From: Candidatus Enterousia sp.
GTDB taxonomy: Bacteria; Pseudomonadota; Alphaproteobacteria; Rs-D84
Assembly: GCA_045617905.1 (NCBI GenBank)
Contig: JAZLJO010000014.1
Coordinates: forward strand, 516 to 64,515
Reading direction: 5' to 3'
Length of the DNA stretch: 64,000 bases
Below, one piece after another: positions 57,828-64,000 of this stretch. A program made the position numbers and the translations under genes. Numbering within the stretch: the stretch's first letter is position 1; each line of letters opens with the position of its first letter. The notes below the pieces were generated by a model. It was not told the DNA's origin and did no database searches. It saw only the letters and a program-made list of their open reading frames with translations.

Positions 57828-59561
57828 ATGTTCCCCAAAACACTATATGGTTTCTATTGGCAATGTATAAAAAAACACCCATGGTATTTTAGTATCATGA
57901 TATTACTTGGCACAACATTAACCGCTATGGAACGGGTGCTGCCACCATTTGTATCAAAATGGGAAGTTAACATTTTTGAATATGCCATAACAAATAATAC
58001 ATCAAAAATTATCCATTTGATGATTTTGATATTTTTATTAATGACAACCACCAGAATAATAGCTTGGTTAGAATCGTGGTGTAGTTCACATTACAGTCCA
58101 TTAGTTAATCGTTATACAGATATGGCATTATTATGCCGAATATACCAAAATGATTGTGGTTATTTTGTTGATACAATGGCCGGTGAAATATCCCCAAAAC
58201 TATCAAACATTGTTCATGGATTAAATGACATGATATGCAATCCTTTAAACAGGTTTGCAGGACTTATAACCAGTTTTATCATAGTTATTGGTATGTTACT
58301 AAAAATAAATATTTGGTTTATGGTAATAATTTTATCAACAAGTATTATCCGCTCCGTGTGGCGTTTTATGTGGCAAAAACGTACGAATAAATTACGCAAA
58401 GAACATGTTGCTGCATCTGCAAAAATTTCCGGCATAAAAACCGATGGTCTAAACAACGCATTGACCGTTCAGTTATTTGCAAATGAAAACACGGAAACAC
58501 AATGGTTATCCAAACAATTTGATGAAAGTATAAAAATTGAAAAAAATATTCATTTTATTAATCGCATTCGTTTTGTTCCAACATCATTTGCATATATGTT
58601 TGCCAGTTTGGGAACATTGATATTGGCAATATTCTTAATCCAAAACAACCAAATTTCTTTGGCAGATGCAATTTTTTCAACCACAGCATTTATGACAATT
58701 AATAGTATTTTTTTCAATTTATCTGATTTGTTTTTAAAATTTTCTGAACAACGTGCAACGATTGAAAAATCATGGTCAGACATTATCGCCCCTATATCTG
58801 TTATCGACAAACAAAATGCACACATTTTAAAATCAAAACAAATGGCGATTGAATTTGACAACGTTACATTTGCATATAAAGACACAAAAATTTTAGACAA
58901 ATTATGCATAAACATACGCCCCAACGAACGTATCGGCATTGTTGGCTTGTCGGGTGCTGGCAAATCAACAATCGTAAATTTATTATTACGTATGTATGAT
59001 GTTCAATCAGGTGCAATAAAAATAAATGGTCATGACTTACGTGATATCACAAAAAAATCATTACGTAAAAATATCGCCATTGTTCCACAAGACACATCAC
59101 TGTTTAACAGAACAATTTTCGATAATATTGCATATGCGAAACAGAATGCAAAAATGTCGGATGTTATTCGTGCAGCAAAACAGGCACAAATACATGACTT
59201 TATCACATCGTTACCCGCAGGATACAACACAATCATTGGGAACCGTGGATTAAAATTATCTGGGGGCCAGCGCAGCCGTATCGCCATCGCACGGGCAATA
59301 TTAAAAAACGCCCCTATTCTGGTAATGGATGAAGCAACCGCCGCATTAGATTCAGCCAGTGAATCTGCAATTCAAACCGCAATGAAAAACGTAATGAAAA
59401 ACAAAACAGTTATTGTAATAGCACATCGGTTATCCACACTAAAATCAATGGATCGCATCATTGTTATTAACAAAGGCCATATTATCCAATCCGGCACCCA
59501 CAAACAATTAATACAAAAAAACGGTATTTATAAAAAATTATACACCATACAAAAACAGTAA
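57828..59561 (+). CDS. ABC exporter, fused permease/ATPase (MsbA-like family)
   Basis: Six predicted TM segments, Walker A GLSGAGKST, signature LSGGQRSR, and Walker B ILVMDEATAALD. Start moved to ATG 57828 after the AAAGGAG SD. Confidence 0.9.
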   Translation: MFPKTLYGFYWQCIKKHPWYFSIMILLGTTLTAMERVLPPFVSKWEVNIFEYAITNNTSKIIHLMILIFLLMTTTRIIAWLESWCSSHYSPLVNRYTDMALLCRIYQNDCGYFVDTMAGEISPKLSNIVHGLNDMICNPLNRFAGLITSFIIVIGMLLKINIWFMVIILSTSIIRSVWRFMWQKRTNKLRKEHVAASAKISGIKTDGLNNALTVQLFANENTETQWLSKQFDESIKIEKNIHFINRIRFVPTSFAYMFASLGTLILAIFLIQNNQISLADAIFSTTAFMTINSIFFNLSDLFLKFSEQRATIEKSWSDIIAPISVIDKQNAHILKSKQMAIEFDNVTFAYKDTKILDKLCINIRPNERIGIVGLSGAGKSTIVNLLLRMYDVQSGAIKINGHDLRDITKKSLRKNIAIVPQDTSLFNRTIFDNIAYAKQNAKMSDVIRAAKQAQIHDFITSLPAGYNTIIGNRGLKLSGGQRSRIAIARAILKNAPILVMDEATAALDSASESAIQTAMKNVMKNKTVIVIAHRLSTLKSMDRIIVINKGHIIQSGTHKQLIQKNGIYKKLYTIQKQ

Positions 59562-59570
59562 ACAAAACAA

Positions 59571-59590
59571 ACCGCCATTTTTATGGCGGT
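59571..59590 (+). terminator. hairpin after the ABC gene
   Basis: ACCGCCAT-tttt-ATGGCGGT with a weak U-run. Confidence 0.5.
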
Positions 59591-59598
59591 TCAATTCC

Positions 59599-59675
59599 TG
59601 GCGCACCCGGCGCGATTCGAACGCGCAATCCCCGCCTTCGGAGGGCGATGCTCTATCCAGTTGAGCCACGGGTGC
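59599..59675 (-). tRNA. tRNA-Arg (anticodon CCG)
   Basis: Acceptor GCACCCG/CGGGTGC, D-arm GCTCAACTGGATAGAGC, anticodon loop CTCCGAA, T-arm GCGCG-TTCGAAT-CGCGC, and an encoded CCA. Confidence 0.93.
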
Positions 59676-59723
59676 ATCTGCAACTATTATATTTATATCC
59701 CTATGAAATGCAAGTTTATTAAA

Positions 59724-60789
59724 TTACGCACGCTGCAATGCCGCCAACATAAAATCATCTAAATCACCGTCCAAAACCGCTGTCGAATCGGTATTTTCAA
59801 CATTCGTTCGAACATCTTTGACCAATTGGTATGGATATAAAACATAGTTACGAATTTGGCTGCCCCATTCTATTTTTTTCTGGGCCGCCTTGGCTGCATC
59901 TTCTTCAGCTGCACGTTTTTGCAATTCCAATTCATACAATTTACTGCGCAACATTTTCATCGCCATTTCACGATTTTGAATTTGACTGCGCTCATTTTGA
60001 CATGTAACAACCGTATTAGTTGGAATGTGGGTTATACGAACGGCACTGTCCGTTTTATTGACATGTTGTCCACCAGCACCAGATGAACGATATGTATCAA
60101 TCCGTAAATCTTTTTCATTGATTTCGATTTCAATCGTATCATCAACATCAGGCCAAACATCCACAGATGCAAAACTGGTTTGACGTTTTCCATTGGCATT
60201 ATACGGTGATATACGAACCAAACGATGAACACCAATTTCATTTTTCAACCAACCGTATGCACGTTCACCTGATATACGATAGGTAACATTTTTTATCCCA
60301 GCCGTATCGCCTTCGTGTTCTTCAACAACATCTATCCCAAAATTATGACGTTCAGCCCACCGCGAATACATACGCGATAACATTTGCGCCCAATCCTGTG
60401 CTTCGGTTCCACCAGCACCAGCCTGAATAAATAAAAACGCACCATTTTTATCCGCAGGTTCACGAAATAATGTGATAAATTTTGCACGATGTGCAACATC
60501 CGCCAATTTTTCAATTGCATTCAAAACATCCGTATCATCTGGTGCCAATTCATATAATTCACACAAATTAGCATACTCTTTAATCATCGATTTTAATTCA
60601 TCCAATGATTTTTCACGTGCAGATTTTTTTTGCAACAGTGCACGTGCTGCATCGGGATTATCCCACAAATTCGGATTATTTACCTGTAAATTTAGTTCAT
60701 CAATTTCATTTTGCAATTTATCTGGGTCAAAGAAACCCCCTGACGGCAGAAATGTCGTCAGAAATTTGTGTCAAAATTTCATTTACCAT
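59724..60789 (-). CDS. prfB: peptide chain release factor 2, requiring a programmed +1 frameshift
   Basis: Frame 0 is ATG 60789 MVNEILTQISDDISAVRGFL followed by TGA. The +1 frame continues DPDKLQNEIDEL... and contains the GGQ motif (SGAGGQHVNKT). Confidence 0.95.
60726..60741 (-). promoter_or_regulatory. RF2 programmed +1 frameshift site
   Basis: The minus strand reads AGGGGG TTT CTT TGA C, that is, an internal SD-like element 3 nt upstream of the canonical CTT-TGA-C shift site. Confidence 0.93.
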
Positions 60790-60917
60790 AATCATGATAT
60801 ATCAGGTTATCAATTTATTTTTCTAAATCAATGTTTTTTGCACTTTTTAAATGAATGTTTGCCTTTCACAGCACAATATGATACAATAAACACGATAAAT
60901 ACGAGAGGGATTTCACA

Positions 60918-62084
60918 ATGAAACGTACGATTGTTGCATTAGGTGCACTGGGGGCGATTATTTTTGGGGACGCATTTGCGGTCACACGTGGCAACCAGGT
61001 AAATGCAAACGCGTACAAACAGAATCAAAAAAACACATATTTTTTGGTAACCCAACCAGATGTTGACACAGCATGTCGCGAACGTATTTATAAATGTTTA
61101 TCTAATTATTGTGGTGACACAACAATTATTCCAGGCCAAAATAATTCACGTTGCCAATATGCAACAGAAAGTGAATTATATAATTATGCCCTGTTATGTC
61201 TGCAAAAAGATACATCTATACTGTTACCACAATACAATGTGAATTATCATAATGGAACTGGCGGCACAAACACTGCAGCCCGCCTGTGTCCACCGTATGT
61301 TCAACAAGAATTGATGTCATATTTATCGATGGCCAATATGGCAACACAACTGCAAAAATCGCACTCTGATTTATGTTTGCAACGTCGCCAAGAATTAGAA
61401 GCTGCAATTTCATGCCATGCGATTGCGATGGAATACGGTAACAGTACATCCAGTCAATTAATCAATCAATTAACAGAATACTGTGGTTCTGGTGTTCCAG
61501 GGGGCAGCACTGAAATGGTCACGCGTTTTTCCAACGCCGGTAACATCGGGGCAAATATTTGGGATTGGGCTAATAAAATCGTTAGTGCCGATATGAATAA
61601 AAAGGGAACTGATTGGCAAAATGCGATGGATTCCGTATTGGCCACCTATGCCAACCGTATGAATTTGGCATGTGGGGATGATTATAAAATAAATACAGCC
61701 ACACATAACACCACAATTCCTAACACCAACACATTACAAAATGCAATCATTGGAACATCCAACACCGCATTTCCATCTGCAATCACAACCCCCAATCAGA
61801 CCGGAACACAGTCGTTATATATGGAAATAACAACTATGTCCGAAATGTGGGATTACAACACCGCATATCAGGTTGTAAATGCCGCAATGTCAAATCCGGC
61901 CACAACGCAAAATGCTTTTCTAACGTCCAGCCAGATGGACAATATGCAAAATGCATATAAATTAGGAACCAAGGTTTTCATTATGCGTGACAGTGCACGT
62001 TGTTATGTAATTCCAGTAAATTCATTAACAGCAACCGAAACATCCCTGATTGCACAAACATTTGCCAGTTGTATCAGCAAATAA
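60918..62084 (+). CDS. secreted Cys-patterned protein related to the core of 40039-42291
   Basis: Signal peptide MKRTIVALGALGAIIFGDAFA. The motif ACRERIYKCLSNYCGDTT....NNSRCQY parallels DYCKAQYQSCMDNYCNVLDDNQGRCTC. Confidence 0.6.
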   Translation: MKRTIVALGALGAIIFGDAFAVTRGNQVNANAYKQNQKNTYFLVTQPDVDTACRERIYKCLSNYCGDTTIIPGQNNSRCQYATESELYNYALLCLQKDTSILLPQYNVNYHNGTGGTNTAARLCPPYVQQELMSYLSMANMATQLQKSHSDLCLQRRQELEAAISCHAIAMEYGNSTSSQLINQLTEYCGSGVPGGSTEMVTRFSNAGNIGANIWDWANKIVSADMNKKGTDWQNAMDSVLATYANRMNLACGDDYKINTATHNTTIPNTNTLQNAIIGTSNTAFPSAITTPNQTGTQSLYMEITTMSEMWDYNTAYQVVNAAMSNPATTQNAFLTSSQMDNMQNAYKLGTKVFIMRDSARCYVIPVNSLTATETSLIAQTFASCISK

Positions 62085-62094
62085 ATAAAAAACA

Positions 62095-62117
62095 AAGCAC
62101 CTTTTGGGTGTTTTTTT
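62095..62117 (+). terminator. rho-independent terminator
   Basis: GCACC-tttt-GGGTG followed by TTTTTTT. Confidence 0.7.
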
Positions 62118-62178
62118 ATACTCCAAAGCACAAAAAATAAAAAAGTTTAACTTTTTTTATTTTTTTTGCATTTTATGC

Positions 62179-62208
62179 TTGACCTCCGATTCGTTTTTAT
62201 TCTAAGAT
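62179..62208 (+). promoter_or_regulatory. candidate promoter with a long (~170 nt) leader
   Basis: TTGACC (62179-62184), an 18-nt spacer and TAAGAT (62203-62208). Confidence 0.35.
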
Positions 62209-62380
62209 TGTTGTATATACAAGGAGAACAGATAAAGAATTCCAAGAAAACCACGCAAAACGCCGGAATTCTAACAAAACGAACAACAAAAATAAAATTT
62301 ATATATTTGATTTGTAAATACACCGTGTAAATACAAAAAATATTAAAATTTTACCGCCAACACCCGAAAGGAGGGGACAG

Positions 62381-62716
62381 ATGCAAAAAAACATTAAAGA
62401 TATTATGATTGCTTTGAACAAAGTTTTAACAACAACCGTTTGGGTTAACGAAGACCGTCAAATAGTATCTTTGGCCGACGAATTGCAAATCGGCAAAAAC
62501 AATGCCCCACGTTCAATTGAAGATTTATCACGTGCCGCATTAATTGGTGCATACGTTTCATTACAAATCCGCACAGATAACTTTGATGTTGCAGCTGAAA
62601 CATTAGACACACAAATATTGGCTGTTCGCGTAAAGGAAATGGTATTCGCCGAAGCAAAAAAGATCATGGATACAGCAGATCAGTTTACAAACGAATCCGT
62701 CGCACGTGCCGCATAA
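62381..62716 (+). CDS. hypothetical protein (111 aa)
   Basis: A strong SD (GAAAGGAGGGG) lies 5 nt before the ATG, and a terminator follows. No motif was recognised. Confidence 0.6.
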   Translation: MQKNIKDIMIALNKVLTTTVWVNEDRQIVSLADELQIGKNNAPRSIEDLSRAALIGAYVSLQIRTDNFDVAAETLDTQILAVRVKEMVFAEAKKIMDTADQFTNESVARAA

Positions 62717-62768
62717 ATCCGCGTCATACATGCCAAACAGTTTCTGGTAAAACCAGAAGGAAGGGAGC

Positions 62769-62801
62769 CGCCGCCGTCAAGCAATTGACGGCGGTGTTTT
62801 T
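62769..62801 (+). terminator. rho-independent terminator
   Basis: CCGCCGTCAA-gcaa-TTGACGGCGG followed by TGTTTTT. Confidence 0.85.
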
Positions 62802-62863
62802 ATATTTTTTACAATAATATTATGATATAATTTATGACATGTAATACAATCAAAGGATACAAA

Positions 62864-63808
62864 ATGAAATATTCTGATTTTGGTTTGGTAAACACACACG
62901 AAATGTTTTTAAACGCAATCAACGGTAAATATGCCATACCAGCATTTAATTTTTATAACATGGAAACATTAAATGCAATAATGGCCGCCGCACGCGATAC
63001 AGACAGTCCTGTTATACTGGCGGTATCAGAATCCGCATTAAAATACATGGGGCCAAATATGTTAATGGGAATGATTTCTGGATTACGTCTAAGTCCCGAA
63101 CGATCTGTTGCATTACATTTGGACCACGGTGGCAGTTTCGATGCATGTAAAAATGCTGTTGATTTAGGTTTTTCATCAGTTATGATTGACGCCAGCAAAT
63201 TATCATTTGAAGCAAACATTGAATTAACAAAACAGGTTGTAGAATACGCCCACGCCCACAATGTTTCTGTCGAAGCAGAATTAGGCACATTGGCAGGAAT
63301 TGAAGACGAAACAACATTTGGCACAGAATCCAGTTATACCAACCCAGATGATGTTATTAAATTTGTAAATGCAACCAATATTGATTCGTTGGCAATTGCA
63401 ATCGGAACCAGTCATGGTGCCTATAAACGCAAATCCGATGACGAAACATTACGTTTTGATATATTAGATGCAGTTGCAAAACAACTGCCATCATTTCCAT
63501 TGGTATTACATGGGGCATCCAGTATTCCAGAACATCTGGTAAAAACAATTAATAAGTTTGGTGGTGACATTAACGGGGCACGTGGCATTTCAACCGATCA
63601 ATTACGCCACGCAACAGAAATGAATATATGTAAAATTAACGTCGACAGCGATTCACGTTTGGCATTTACTGCCGGTGTCCGGCAATATTTTGCAGAAAAT
63701 CCATCAAAATTTAATCCACGTGATTTTTTAGGAACCGCAATAAATTTAATTCGTCAAAACTGTATTGATGAAATAAATAACGTAATGGGGTCAAATAACA
63801 AAATATAA
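62864..63808 (+). CDS. fba: class II fructose-bisphosphate aldolase
   Basis: IPAFNFYNMETL, HLDHG, and GTSHGAYK. Start moved to ATG 62864 after the AAAGGA SD. Confidence 0.93.
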   Translation: MKYSDFGLVNTHEMFLNAINGKYAIPAFNFYNMETLNAIMAAARDTDSPVILAVSESALKYMGPNMLMGMISGLRLSPERSVALHLDHGGSFDACKNAVDLGFSSVMIDASKLSFEANIELTKQVVEYAHAHNVSVEAELGTLAGIEDETTFGTESSYTNPDDVIKFVNATNIDSLAIAIGTSHGAYKRKSDDETLRFDILDAVAKQLPSFPLVLHGASSIPEHLVKTINKFGGDINGARGISTDQLRHATEMNICKINVDSDSRLAFTAGVRQYFAENPSKFNPRDFLGTAINLIRQNCIDEINNVMGSNNKI

Positions 63809-63828
63809 TCACAATATATTATTAACAA

Positions 63829-63866
63829 AAAAAAACGGTTCCAAATAAACCGGAACCGTTTTTTTC
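63829..63866. terminator. bidirectional rho-independent terminator (fba / efp convergent)
   Basis: ACGGTTCC-(9 nt)-GGAACCGT flanked by A8 and T7 runs. Confidence 0.85.
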
Positions 63867-63893
63867 ATTATCGAAAAAATACATTACTTAGCA

Positions 63894-64000
63894 CGTTCAA
63901 CATATTCTAATGTTTCGGTATTAACAACAATTTTTTCACCCTGTTCAACAAATAATGGAACCTGAACACGAACACCATTATCCAAAATCGCAGGTTTACC
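63894..64000 (-). CDS. efp: elongation factor P, C-terminal end (partial, runs off the window)
   Basis: The minus-strand translation [38 protein letters not shown] matches the EF-P C-terminus. Confidence 0.85.

Noticed and set aside
1-64000. CRISPR arrays, rRNA operons, and IS elements or transposases.
   Set aside because: No regularly spaced repeats of 24-40 bp were seen, no rRNA-like sequence, and no transposase or integrase-like ORFs. The repeats present are simple-sequence tracts, in-gene duplications and the two-copy elements described above.

Overview
This is an AT-rich (about one-third GC by eye) Gram-negative chromosomal segment packed with housekeeping genes. These include dnaB, clpP-clpX, priA, miaA, gap, leuS, a class A PBP, lysS, ldh, an AmiC-like amidase, proS, olsB/olsA-like acyltransferases, a lytic transglycosylase, hemW, an M13 peptidase, prfB with its programmed +1 frameshift, class II fba and the 3' end of efp. 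There are three tRNAs (Leu-UAG, Ser-CGA, Arg-CCG). Several products look alphaproteobacterial from memory (the 81-aa LexA-N-like HTH protein, GAPDH, OlsB/OlsA, a BP26/SIMPL protein), but this assignment is tentative. I saw no rRNA, CRISPR array, transposase, integrase or prophage. The unusual content is a scattered repertoire of at least eight secreted, cysteine-patterned proteins of unknown function, and two of these loci carry simple-sequence repeats placed where they could switch expression. First, an (AG)7 tract lies just after a promoter, SD and ATG and currently puts a signal-peptide-bearing ORF out of frame (about 9.7 kb). Second, (TA)10 and (TA)12 tracts form the -35/-10 spacer of two paralogous genes that share a near-identical 5' module, flank a glycosyltransferase/UDP-xylose-synthase cluster, and have a promoterless frameshifted third copy between them (25-31.5 kb). 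Other items worth a look are: a ~90-100 nt noncoding element present twice (7.9 kb and 34.7 kb); a promoter-to-terminator bounded, CU-rich candidate sRNA upstream of clpP; a terminator-like hairpin in the lysS leader; a RelA/SpoT-like nucleotidyltransferase-fold ORF directly downstream of lysS; and a tRNA-adjacent helicase with a recently duplicated C-terminal module next to a degenerate Fic protein. All functional calls come from motif recognition by eye, with no database search.
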